This document shows positions 39,144-47,354 of a stretch of 64,000 nt of DNA, one piece after another (the stretch's first letter is position 1; every line of letters begins with the position of its first letter). The position numbers and the translations under genes are program-made. The stretch covers positions 4,527 through 68,526 of the forward strand of contig JAHIKK010000034.1 of assembly GCA_018897555.1 (NCBI GenBank). Reading direction: 5' to 3'. This DNA is from Candidatus Omnitrophota bacterium. Its GTDB lineage: Bacteria > Omnitrophota > Gorgyraeia > Gygaellales > Profunditerraquicolaceae. The notes below the pieces were generated by a model that did not search any database, had not been told where the DNA came from, and saw only the letters and a program-made list of their open reading frames with translations.

Positions 39144-39904
39144 CGCATAATTTAATCCTCTACTGGAAACCGGCAATTGAAATTACTATTCTTTGGTTCT
39201 TTATCTACCGGATCATGCTCTTTTTTGAAGGTACCCGCGCCCTGCAAGCTTTACGCGGGATAATCATACTCCTGCTTGCTTTTTTAATTTTTAAAAAAAT
39301 TGATTTTCTGGTCTTAAGCTGGTTATTTGAAAAACTTTTTGGAATATCCGTTATTGCGATATTAATTATATTTCATCCGGAAATAAGAATGGGACTGGCG
39401 CAGATAGGTAAACGTCAAATCTTTAAAAATAATCTAAAAGATGAGGAGATTATTCTGCTTAGCCAGATTATCGCAGAGGCCTGCGAAAATCTGGCTAAAA
39501 ATAAATTAGGGGCTTTAATTGCCATCGAAAAAAATGACTCCCTGATTGGCTATATTCAAAGTGGAGAGGCGATTGATGCACGGGTTTGCTCAGATTTGAT
39601 CGAGGCAATTTTTACGCCGAATAATCCGCTGCATGACGGCGGCCTGATCATTAGCCAAGGAAGAATTGCTGCCGCAGGATGTATTTTCCCTTTAGCGGTA
39701 AATCAGGAATTAAGCAGGGTCTTCGGGACACGGCACCGGGCAGCCTTGGGCTTAAGTGAAGAGACCGATGCGATATTAATTGTAGTTTCTGAAGAAAGGC
39801 ACGATATATCCATTATTTACCGAAAGAAATTTTATAAAGATTTAGGCGCTGCGCAGTTAGAGGCAAAAATTAAAGAACTGCTTCAAACAAAAGAAGATGC
39901 ATAA
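39137..39904 (+). CDS. cdaA: Diadenylate cyclase CdaA (c-di-AMP synthase)
   Basis: Three N-terminal TMs and a DAC domain (NPLHDGGLII...GTRHRAALGLSEETDA). Confidence 0.9.
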   Translation: MLAHNLILYWKPAIEITILWFFIYRIMLFFEGTRALQALRGIIILLLAFLIFKKIDFLVLSWLFEKLFGISVIAILIIFHPEIRMGLAQIGKRQIFKNNLKDEEIILLSQIIAEACENLAKNKLGALIAIEKNDSLIGYIQSGEAIDARVCSDLIEAIFTPNNPLHDGGLIISQGRIAAAGCIFPLAVNQELSRVFGTRHRAALGLSEETDAILIVVSEERHDISIIYRKKFYKDLGAAQLEAKIKELLQTKEDA

Positions 39905-40019
39905 AAAACAGAAAAATATTTTTTTGCGGATTATTGGCTTAATCTCTCACCACCCGTGGTTGAAACTTATTTCTTTATTCCTGGCGGTGATTATTTGGTT
40001 TTATGTAAAAGGGGTATAA
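39897..40019 (+). CDS. 40-aa microORF encoding a CdaR (YbbR)-like N-terminal transmembrane anchor only. Truncated cdaR remnant or microprotein
   Basis: ATG at 39897 overlaps the cdaA stop. MHKKQKNIFLRIIGLISHHPWLKLISLFLAVIIWFYVKGV resembles the CdaR N-terminal TM. The stop TAA overlaps the pdxJ ATG. The ORF is not in the track because it is under 60 aa. Confidence 0.4.
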   Translation: MHKKQKNIFLRIIGLISHHPWLKLISLFLAVIIWFYVKGV

Positions 40020-40733
40020 ATGCCGCGATTAGGAGTAAATATCGATCATGTGGCCACTTTACGCCAGGCCCGCGGCGGAAATCTGCCTGATCCTGTTTAT
40101 GCGGCGTTTTTAGCTGAACAGGCCGGTGCCCAGAGCATCGTGGCGCATTTAAGAGAAGACCGCCGGCATATTCAAGAGCAGGATATTAAGCTTCTGCGGA
40201 AAAAAATTAGCACTAAACTTAACCTGGAGATGTCCGTGGCGCCGGAGATTTTAAATATTGCCTGTGCGATCAGGCCTGACCAGGCAACCCTGGTGCCGGA
40301 AAGAAGGAAGGAATTAACTACCGAGGGCGGATTAAACGTAGCCGCTAACCTTAAAATTATTTCCGGGGCAGTAAAGAAATTAAAGGCATCTAATATCCGG
40401 GTAAGTTTATTTATTGACCCGGATAAAAAACAGGTTAATGCTGCCAGAAAAACCGGCGCTGAGATTATTGAGTTCCACACCGGCCGCTATGCGTTGGCAA
40501 AAAATTCCAGGGAAAAAGAAAAATTTTTTAACGAGCTTAAGCGCGCTGTGGATTTTGCCCGGACTCAAGGAATAACCGTGGGAGCCGGACACGGCCTGGA
40601 TTATGCCAATGTCAGGCGCATTGCCGGAATCAAGGGAATAGAAGAACTTAATATCGGTTATTCTATTATCGCTAAAGCCTTATATGTGGGATTATTTGCG
40701 GCAGTTAAAGAAATGCGGGAGTTAGTCAGGTAA
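40020..40733 (+). CDS. pdxJ: Pyridoxine 5'-phosphate synthase
   Basis: MPRLGVNIDHVATLRQARGG start. Confidence 0.9.
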   Translation: MPRLGVNIDHVATLRQARGGNLPDPVYAAFLAEQAGAQSIVAHLREDRRHIQEQDIKLLRKKISTKLNLEMSVAPEILNIACAIRPDQATLVPERRKELTTEGGLNVAANLKIISGAVKKLKASNIRVSLFIDPDKKQVNAARKTGAEIIEFHTGRYALAKNSREKEKFFNELKRAVDFARTQGITVGAGHGLDYANVRRIAGIKGIEELNIGYSIIAKALYVGLFAAVKEMRELVR

Positions 40734-41089
40734 TGGTAATCGGGACAGGGGTAGATATTACTGAGGTGCGCCGCATCCGTCAAGCAGTTGAAAAATGGGG
40801 GGAGGATTTTCTAAAACGCGTTTTTACGAAAGCGGAGATAGAAAACGCCAAAACCAAAACTTCTTTTTATCAGCATCTGGCCGGAAGATTCGCCGCCAAA
40901 GAGGCAATTTTTAAGGCAGTAGGAGATAACCGGCTTTCCTGGCAGGATATTCAAATACATAATGACCCGGAGGGTAAACCGGTTTGTCTTTTCTTAAACG
41001 GCAGAGGTAAAAATATTAACGTACATATTTCTATTTCGCATGTTAAAACTTATGCGGTTGCCAACGCAGTTGTTACGAAGAAAAATTGA
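40733..41089 (+). CDS. acpS: Holo-[acyl-carrier-protein] synthase
   Basis: IGTGVDITEVRRI...FAAKEAIFKA motif. Confidence 0.85.
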   Translation: MVIGTGVDITEVRRIRQAVEKWGEDFLKRVFTKAEIENAKTKTSFYQHLAGRFAAKEAIFKAVGDNRLSWQDIQIHNDPEGKPVCLFLNGRGKNINVHISISHVKTYAVANAVVTKKN

Positions 41090-41936
41090 TTCCCACAAGG
41101 GAGACTACGGGAGCATTTTGATTTTAGCCGGTTCAAACAGGTATTCCGGCGCAGCCTTGCTTTGCGCTGAATCAACTTTGCGCTCCGGAGCAGGAGCCGT
41201 CACCGTAGGTCTACCGGCAAGCATCAATTCGGCTTTAATTAAAAACAAAACAAAAGAAGTAATGACTTTGCCGTTGCCGGAGACCAAAACAGGAACATTA
41301 AGTTTAGCGGCATTTTCTAAAATCAAACCTTTTCTTAAAAATACGGACGTCTTAATCATCGGCCCGGGATTGGGCCGGGATAAATCGACTTTTACCCTGG
41401 TCAGAAAAGTAATCCGGGCATCAAGCCTGCCCATGGTGATTGATGCTGATGCGCTTTTAGCTTTAAAGCAGCATTTGGTAATTCTTAAACAGCACAAAGG
41501 AAAAGTTATCTTAACTCCACACACTAAAGAAATGGCCGGCCTTTTCGGAATAGATATTGATTTTATAAAGAAAAATAGAAAATTGGTTGCGAAAAAGTAT
41601 GCGCAATATTATAATATTATAATTATCCTTAAGGGGCACCGGAGCATTATCACTGATGGTGTTAAAAAGTTTTATATAAATAAGACCGGTAACCCCGGAA
41701 TGGCAACTGCCGGAAGCGGAGATGTGCTTAGCGGTATTGTGGGCGCGTTTTTAGCCCAGGGATTAGATGCTTTTAGCGCGGCAAAATATGCAACACATGT
41801 TCACGGCTTAGCCGGGGACATCGCCGCTTTGGATAAAACGCAAATGGGTTTAATCGCATCGGACATTATCAGCCGGATTCCGGATGCGCTAAAGATTTGT
41901 AGCTTCCGCCACAAAGCGTGGCGGGCCCGCCAATAA
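41040..41936 (+). CDS. nnrD: ADP-dependent NAD(P)H-hydrate dehydratase (YjeF C-terminal domain family)
   Basis: HKGDYGSILILAGS...GSGDVLSGI motifs. Confidence 0.8.
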   Translation: MLKLMRLPTQLLRRKIDSHKGDYGSILILAGSNRYSGAALLCAESTLRSGAGAVTVGLPASINSALIKNKTKEVMTLPLPETKTGTLSLAAFSKIKPFLKNTDVLIIGPGLGRDKSTFTLVRKVIRASSLPMVIDADALLALKQHLVILKQHKGKVILTPHTKEMAGLFGIDIDFIKKNRKLVAKKYAQYYNIIIILKGHRSIITDGVKKFYINKTGNPGMATAGSGDVLSGIVGAFLAQGLDAFSAAKYATHVHGLAGDIAALDKTQMGLIASDIISRIPDALKICSFRHKAWRARQ

Positions 41937-41949
41937 ATATGGCGGGAGT

Positions 41950-42022
41950 GCCGACGTAGCTCAGTTGGTAGAGCGGCTGTTTTGTAAACAGCGGGTCGGG
42001 GGTTCAAATCCTCTCGTCGGCT
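41950..42022 (+). tRNA. tRNA-Thr (anticodon UGU)
   Basis: Acceptor GCCGACG/CGTCGGC, anticodon stem GCTGT/ACAGC with loop TTTGTAA, T-loop TTCAAAT. Confidence 0.85.
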
Positions 42023-42136
42023 TAAATTGAGATACCCGACCCGAAGGGGGCGTGGGGGAAAACTTCCCCCACGTATTCGGGGTAACAGCGACGAACGTAA
42101 GTGAGGAGCGCCATAGGGGCAGAGCCCCTTTGGTAC

Positions 42137-42170
42137 CGGGTCGGGGGTTCAAATCCTCTCGTCGGCTTAA
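42137..42170 (+). repeat. 34-nt direct repeat of the 3' half of tRNA-Thr (T-arm + acceptor 3' strand), 115 nt downstream of the intact gene
   Basis: CGGGTCGGGGGTTCAAATCCTCTCGTCGGCTTAA is identical at 41992-42025. No matching 5' half upstream. Confidence 0.8.
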
Positions 42171-42180
42171 TAAAATTTTA

Positions 42181-42263
42181 GGGCAGGTACCCAAGTGGTC
42201 AAAGGGGACAGACTGTAAATCTGTTGCACTTGTGCTTCAAAGGTTCGAATCCTTTCCTGCCCA
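42181..42263 (+). tRNA. tRNA-Tyr (anticodon GUA, long variable arm)
   Basis: Acceptor GGGCAGG/CCTGCCC, anticodon loop CTGTAAA, long variable arm, T-loop TTCGAAT. Confidence 0.85.
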
Positions 42264-42315
42264 AATTATATTTTGCGGGTACTCCCGCAGAAGCCCTGGT
42301 AAAAATATAAATTTT

Positions 42316-42386
42316 GCGGGAGTAGTTCAGTGGTAGAACAATAGCCTTCCAAGCTATGAATGGGGGTTCGATTCCCCTCTCCCGCT
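42316..42386 (+). tRNA. tRNA-Gly (anticodon UCC)
   Basis: Acceptor GCGGGAG/CTCCCGC with U73 discriminator, anticodon loop CTTCCAA, T-loop TTCGATT. Confidence 0.85.
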
Positions 42387-42411
42387 AGTGACACTTAAAA
42401 GGCAGTGCTTA

Positions 42412-43170
42412 ATGAGCGAAGAATTTTTAAAACCGGTTTTTATTGACGCCTTTGATCTTGATGATGCCTGGTTTCAATGCTTATGTGCGATTTTGGATCA
42501 AGGGCATATTTATACGATTACCCGCGGCAGCTATGCAGGGCAAAAGAGGCTGGAATTTGATTTTATTTCCATTCGGGTACGTAAACCCAGCCATCAAATT
42601 ATCCCGATAATTCCGGAAGGCATGAGTATTCCTGCCCCGACAGATATGGATTATATCCAGGGATATTTAAGTTATCTGCTTACCGGGGCCAAGACGGAAA
42701 CCGAGGATTATACTTATGGGGAAAGGTTAGTGGATCCTAAAGTTAAGATTAAACAAGTTTTAAATGGAGAGGAACTGATTTCGGATATGCCTTTAAATGT
42801 GAATCAAATCGAAGAAGTAATTAAAATGTACAAAGAAAATGGGCCGGGGACTAATCAAGCGACCATGGAAATCGGTATGCCTTCAGATATAAAGTTAATT
42901 GATCCGCCTTGCCTAAGATTGATTGATACACGGCTGCGTTATGGTAAATTGCATTTTGTGCTTTATTTTCGTTCCTGGGATCTTTGGGGCGGTTTTCCCT
43001 CGAATCTGGGTGGTTTACAACTGGTAAAACAATATATGGCCCAAGAGATCGGGGCCGAAGACGGAGAAATTATTGCCGTAAGCAAAGGCTTGCATCTTTA
43101 TGATTATGCCTGGGAGCTGGCAATGTTAAGAACAAATAAAAAGAAAGATTTTAAATTAAACCATGCCTAA
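42412..43170 (+). CDS. Divergent thymidylate synthase (ThyA) family protein
   Basis: C-terminal half aligns by eye to ThyA (DPPCLRLIDTRLRYGKLHFVLYFRSWDLWGGFPSNLGGLQLVKQYMAQEIG...GLHLYD vs E. coli [47 protein letters not shown]...HLY), including the catalytic Cys. The N-terminal half is highly divergent and lacks the RTGTGT motif. The start is chosen at ATG 42412 rather than the GTG at 42388, which abuts the tRNA. Confidence 0.55.
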   Translation: MSEEFLKPVFIDAFDLDDAWFQCLCAILDQGHIYTITRGSYAGQKRLEFDFISIRVRKPSHQIIPIIPEGMSIPAPTDMDYIQGYLSYLLTGAKTETEDYTYGERLVDPKVKIKQVLNGEELISDMPLNVNQIEEVIKMYKENGPGTNQATMEIGMPSDIKLIDPPCLRLIDTRLRYGKLHFVLYFRSWDLWGGFPSNLGGLQLVKQYMAQEIGAEDGEIIAVSKGLHLYDYAWELAMLRTNKKKDFKLNHA

Positions 43171-44158
43171 GCAGCGCATTGCGATACTGGGAGATGGGGG
43201 CTGGGGAACGACACTGGCGGTATTGCTCTGTAATAAAGGTTATCCTATTACGCTTTGGGGCGCCTTTGCCGGCTACACGGAAACAATGGTTAAAACGCGG
43301 CGAAATCCTAAGTTTTTACCGGGAATAAAAATTCCGCGCTCTATTAAAATTACTAGCGATATAAAAAGCGCGGTGGAAGATAAAGAAATTGTCGTGTTGG
43401 CAGTTCCTTCTCAATATGCCAGATCGGTGTTAAGAAAGATTAAAGGTTACTTCGCCAAAAAAACTATTTTTTTAAGTGTGGCCAAGGGGATTGAAATCAG
43501 CTCTTCTAAAAGAATATCTGAAGTAATTCGCGCCGAGCTGGGGCAGGTAAGGCTAGCCGTCTTATCCGGGCCAACCATTGCCAGCGAAGTAGCTAAGGGG
43601 GTTCCCACTACTGCCGTGGTGGTCTCAACTGATAAACGAATACGCAAAACTATTCAAGAAATATTTAGCACGCAAAGATTCCGCGTGTATACTAACCCGG
43701 ATGTAATTGGCGTAGAATTAGGGGGCAGTTTAAAAAACGTAATTGCCATTGCCTGCGGCGTATCTGATGGGTTAGGTTTTGGCACTAACACTAAAGCCGC
43801 TATTCTTACCCGGGGGCTTGCCGAGATTTCCAGATTAGGTAAGGCGATGGGTGCAAAAGCAGAGACCTTCAGCGGGGTAAGCGGATTGGGAGATCTGGTT
43901 ACTACCTGTATCAGTAAACAGAGCCGTAATCGCAGGGTGGGAGAACTGATCGGAAAAGGTAAGCACCTGAAAGAAATTTGCCAACACATGCAGATGATTG
44001 CTGAGGGGGTACCCACAGCAAAATCCGCCTATGCTTTAAGTTTGAAACATAAGATCGATATGCCGATCATCAGAGAGGTGTATCATTTACTGTATAAACA
44101 TAAATCTCCCGCTCAAGCGGTAGAAGATCTGATGATGAGAAAAAGCAAAGAAGAATAG
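43163..44158 (+). CDS. gpsA: NAD(P)H-dependent glycerol-3-phosphate dehydrogenase
   Basis: RIAILGDGGWGTTLA Rossmann start and a GpsA C-terminal domain. Confidence 0.9.
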   Translation: MPKQRIAILGDGGWGTTLAVLLCNKGYPITLWGAFAGYTETMVKTRRNPKFLPGIKIPRSIKITSDIKSAVEDKEIVVLAVPSQYARSVLRKIKGYFAKKTIFLSVAKGIEISSSKRISEVIRAELGQVRLAVLSGPTIASEVAKGVPTTAVVVSTDKRIRKTIQEIFSTQRFRVYTNPDVIGVELGGSLKNVIAIACGVSDGLGFGTNTKAAILTRGLAEISRLGKAMGAKAETFSGVSGLGDLVTTCISKQSRNRRVGELIGKGKHLKEICQHMQMIAEGVPTAKSAYALSLKHKIDMPIIREVYHLLYKHKSPAQAVEDLMMRKSKEE

Positions 44159-44164
44159 TAGTAG

Positions 44165-44238
44165 CGGGGCGTGGCTCAGCTTGGTAGAGCGCTTGAATGG
44201 GGTTCAAGAGGTCACAGGTTCAAGTCCTGTCGCCCCGA
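44165..44238 (+). tRNA. tRNA-Pro (anticodon GGG)
   Basis: Acceptor CGGGGCG/CGCCCCG, anticodon loop ATGGGGT, T-loop TTCAAGT. Confidence 0.8.
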
Positions 44239-44255
44239 CAAATTTAGAGGTGATT

Positions 44256-44588
44256 ATGCAAGAGAAAAGAAAAACCGTCCGGATTGAAAAAACATTGATT
44301 ATCCAATATGCGCAAATTACACCGGAACCACTGTGCTGGGATTCTTCAACCATTAAGAATATCAGTATCGAAGGGGTTTTATTTAATTCCAATAAAATTT
44401 TCACCAACAACGCAAAGTTGCAATTACGTTTTACAATACCCACGGATCCTTATAACCGCCTGGAAGCAACAGGCGAAGTAGTGGAGTCTTTTGCCAATAG
44501 AACGCGTATAAAGTTTATCGATCTGGGAGAGCATGAGAAGAAGATGATCAGCGATTATATGCAGAGCTTATTAAAAAGTAATAAATAG
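44256..44588 (+). CDS. PilZ domain protein (c-di-GMP receptor), paralog 1
   Basis: RKTVR (RxxxR) and NISIEG (D/NxSxxG) motifs. The start is set at the internal ATG, because the ORF-track start at 44181 lies inside tRNA-Pro. Confidence 0.7.
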   Translation: MQEKRKTVRIEKTLIIQYAQITPEPLCWDSSTIKNISIEGVLFNSNKIFTNNAKLQLRFTIPTDPYNRLEATGEVVESFANRTRIKFIDLGEHEKKMISDYMQSLLKSNK

Positions 44589-44610
44589 GGGCAGGTCAAA
44601 AGGAGGGTCT

Positions 44611-44973
44611 ATGCCAAAAGAATTCGATGGGCAGGAAAAAAGAAAGTATCCCCGCGCAAAAGGCAGATTTATTATTTCCTACAGGGTTATTCCAAGTAAC
44701 AGCAACATCGATATTTCACAGACTAAAAATTTAAGTTTAGGCGGAATGCTTTTAACCACCAATTGTCAGTTTGCGGAAGGAACGAATTTGGCGCTGGAGA
44801 TTCGCCTGCCCTTTGATCCTGATCCGATTGTGACTATCGCTAAGGTCCTGGAATCAAAAGAAATTACTAAAGGCGTGATCTATGATACGCGCCTTGCTTT
44901 CTTAGCGGTAGATGAAAAACATCGCGAGATAATCGGTGAAACGGTGGGTTATTATCTTAAGAAAGGTTACTAA
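44611..44973 (+). CDS. PilZ domain protein (c-di-GMP receptor), paralog 2
   Basis: RKYPR and NLSLGG motifs. It shares the QEKRK N-terminus with paralog 1. Confidence 0.7.
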   Translation: MPKEFDGQEKRKYPRAKGRFIISYRVIPSNSNIDISQTKNLSLGGMLLTTNCQFAEGTNLALEIRLPFDPDPIVTIAKVLESKEITKGVIYDTRLAFLAVDEKHREIIGETVGYYLKKGY

Positions 44974-44976
44974 TCT

Positions 44977-46272
44977 ATGAGAAAAATCAATATCGGTATT
45001 ATCGGTTTCGGCAATATCGGATGCGGAGTGGTTAAGATCCTTAATTCCAGGAAATCATTACTGGCGCAAAAAATAGAAACCGAAATCGTAATTAAGAAAA
45101 TATGCGATAAGGATCTGGCCAAAAAAAGAAATGTTACCGTGGATAAAGCCTTACTCACGCCCGATGCCTACGAAATTATTAATGATCCCGGAATTGACAT
45201 TGTTGTGGAATTAATCGGCGGGATTAATCCGGCCCAGGAGTTTATTTTAGCGGCTTTAAAAAAAGGAAAACACGTGGTCACTGCCAATAAAGCCCTGTTG
45301 GCTGAACATGGTAATGCGTTATTCAAAGAGGCTAATGCGCGGGGGAAAAATATTTATTTTGAAGCCTCTGTAGGCGCGGGCATCCCCATTATCAAAGCCA
45401 TTAAAGAAGGGTTGGTCGCCAACAAATTCAACAGTATTTTTGGTATTGTAAATGGCACATCAAATTATGTGCTTACGCAGATGTCTAAAGAAAACTGCTC
45501 TTTTGTTAATGCCTTAAGCAGCGCTAAGCTCAAAGGCTTTGCCGAGAATGACCCCACTTTCGATATTCAGGGTATTGATTCAGCGCATAAGCTGGTGTTG
45601 CTTACTTATCTGGCTTTTGGAAAAATTGTTAACCTGAAAGATATTTTTATTGAAGGCATAACCCACATATCTGCTGCTGATATTGCTTATGCTCAAGAAT
45701 TGGGATATACCATAAAATTATTGGCCGTTGCCAAGAAGAGAATCAATGAGTTGGAAGTAAGGGTCCATCCAACCCTTTTACCGAGCGAACATTTGCTTTC
45801 TTCGGTAGACGGGGTTTTTAATGCTATTTATGTCTCCAGCGACCTGGCCGGAGAGCTTATGTTTTACGGCCCGGGGGCAGGGCAATTACCCGCTGCCTCG
45901 GCAGTTGTCTCTGATATTGTTGATCTGGCCCAGGATATTAAAGCCGGATTGTTTAGGCCAACTTTAAATTCCAGGGAAGATAACTCCATTAAAGGTTTAC
46001 GTAAAATAGATGAATTTAAAAATAAACATTACATCCGGATTACGGCAGTAGATAAACCGGGAGTGTTGGCAAAAATATCCGGAATCCTGGCAAAATTCGG
46101 TATTAGCATTGCTTCCGTCACTCAAAAGGAGAAGTTAAAATCTCATATCGTTCCGGTAGTGATGGTTACGCATGAAATAAAAGAAAAAAATCTGCGGGGT
46201 GCCTTGAAAATGATTGATAAATTAACAGAAATTAAAGCTAAATCTGTCGCCATTCGGATCGAGGGTGTTTAA
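44977..46272 (+). CDS. hom: Homoserine dehydrogenase with C-terminal ACT domain
   Basis: INIGIIGFGNIGCGV Rossmann motif, a catalytic domain and an ACT domain. Confidence 0.9.
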   Translation: MRKINIGIIGFGNIGCGVVKILNSRKSLLAQKIETEIVIKKICDKDLAKKRNVTVDKALLTPDAYEIINDPGIDIVVELIGGINPAQEFILAALKKGKHVVTANKALLAEHGNALFKEANARGKNIYFEASVGAGIPIIKAIKEGLVANKFNSIFGIVNGTSNYVLTQMSKENCSFVNALSSAKLKGFAENDPTFDIQGIDSAHKLVLLTYLAFGKIVNLKDIFIEGITHISAADIAYAQELGYTIKLLAVAKKRINELEVRVHPTLLPSEHLLSSVDGVFNAIYVSSDLAGELMFYGPGAGQLPAASAVVSDIVDLAQDIKAGLFRPTLNSREDNSIKGLRKIDEFKNKHYIRITAVDKPGVLAKISGILAKFGISIASVTQKEKLKSHIVPVVMVTHEIKEKNLRGALKMIDKLTEIKAKSVAIRIEGV

Positions 46273-47354
46273 TGAACGGGCAAAAATATAAGGGAATAAT
46301 TCAGAAATACAGGCGATTTTTACCGGTGAGCGAGAAAACTCCGGTGATTACTTTAAATGAAGGAAATACCCCCTTGATTTATGCCGGCTATTTAAGCGGG
46401 CTGGTAGGAAAAAATTGCGAAGTTTATTTAAAGTACGAAGGCCTCAATCCCACCGGTTCTTTTAAAGACAGGGGAATGACTCTGGCTATTTCCAAAGCCT
46501 GCGAAGCAAAGGCTACCGCGGTAATCTGCGCTTCAACCGGAAACACTTCAGCCTCTGCCGCTGCTTACGCCGCCGTCGCCGGAATTAAATGCATCGTGCT
46601 TATTCCCGGCGGAGCAATTGCTCTGGGAAAACTTAGCCAGGCGTTAATTCACGGGGCAAAGGTTTTAGCAATTAAAGGGAATTTTGATGCTGCTTTAGGC
46701 CTGGTTAAAGAAATTACTCAAGCGTTTCCCATTACGCTGGTGAATTCTATAAATCCTTACCGTATCCAGGGACAAAAAACTGCCAGCTTTGAAATATGCG
46801 ATTACCTGGGGGATGCTCCGGATTTTCAGATTATGCCGGTGGGAAACGCCGGAAACATTACTGCTTACTGGAAAGGTTATAAAGAATATCAGAGCCAGGC
46901 TTTAAGTAAAAAACTTCCGGTAATGTTAGGTTTTCAGGCTCAAGGAGCTGCTCCGATTGTAAGAAATAAGCCTATCCTTAACCCGGAAACAATTGCCACC
47001 GCCATCCGGATCGGAAACCCGGCCAGCTGGTCAAGCGCGATAGATGCCCGCGATGAATCGGGCGGATTAATTGACCTGGTTTCAGACACGCAAATACTTA
47101 CTGCTTACAAAATGCTCGCGGAAAAAGAAGGTATATTTGCTGAGCCGGCTTCGGCCGCTTCCATTGCCGGCCTGTTAAAATTAATTAAAAAGGGATACTT
47201 TAAAAAATACAATTTAAATAATAAGAAATTCTCGATTGTGTGTATCTTAACTGGGCATGGCTTAAAAGACCCGGAGCGGGCGATTAAGACGATTTCACCG
47301 CCAAAGCTGATGCGCGCAGACTTAAAAACAATTATTAAAGAAATTGGCTACTAG
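46272..47354 (+). CDS. thrC: Threonine synthase
   Basis: YEGLNPTGSFKDRGM PLP-lysine motif. Confidence 0.9.
   Translation: MNGQKYKGIIQKYRRFLPVSEKTPVITLNEGNTPLIYAGYLSGLVGKNCEVYLKYEGLNPTGSFKDRGMTLAISKACEAKATAVICASTGNTSASAAAYAAVAGIKCIVLIPGGAIALGKLSQALIHGAKVLAIKGNFDAALGLVKEITQAFPITLVNSINPYRIQGQKTASFEICDYLGDAPDFQIMPVGNAGNITAYWKGYKEYQSQALSKKLPVMLGFQAQGAAPIVRNKPILNPETIATAIRIGNPASWSSAIDARDESGGLIDLVSDTQILTAYKMLAEKEGIFAEPASAASIAGLLKLIKKGYFKKYNLNNKKFSIVCILTGHGLKDPERAIKTISPPKLMRADLKTIIKEIGY

Noticed and set aside
41801-42194. Minus-strand ORFs (68 and 77 aa) with NPRP/ELRR-type peptides
   Set aside because: Classic antisense translation of tRNA genes, not coding.
42052-42336. 94-aa + strand ORF spanning the tRNA cluster
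   Set aside because: It overlaps the tRNA-Thr repeat, tRNA-Tyr and tRNA-Gly. The translation is the typical artefactual read-through of tRNA genes.
44181-44255. ORF-track start for the first PilZ gene
   Set aside because: The start lies inside tRNA-Pro. The internal ATG at 44256 is used instead.
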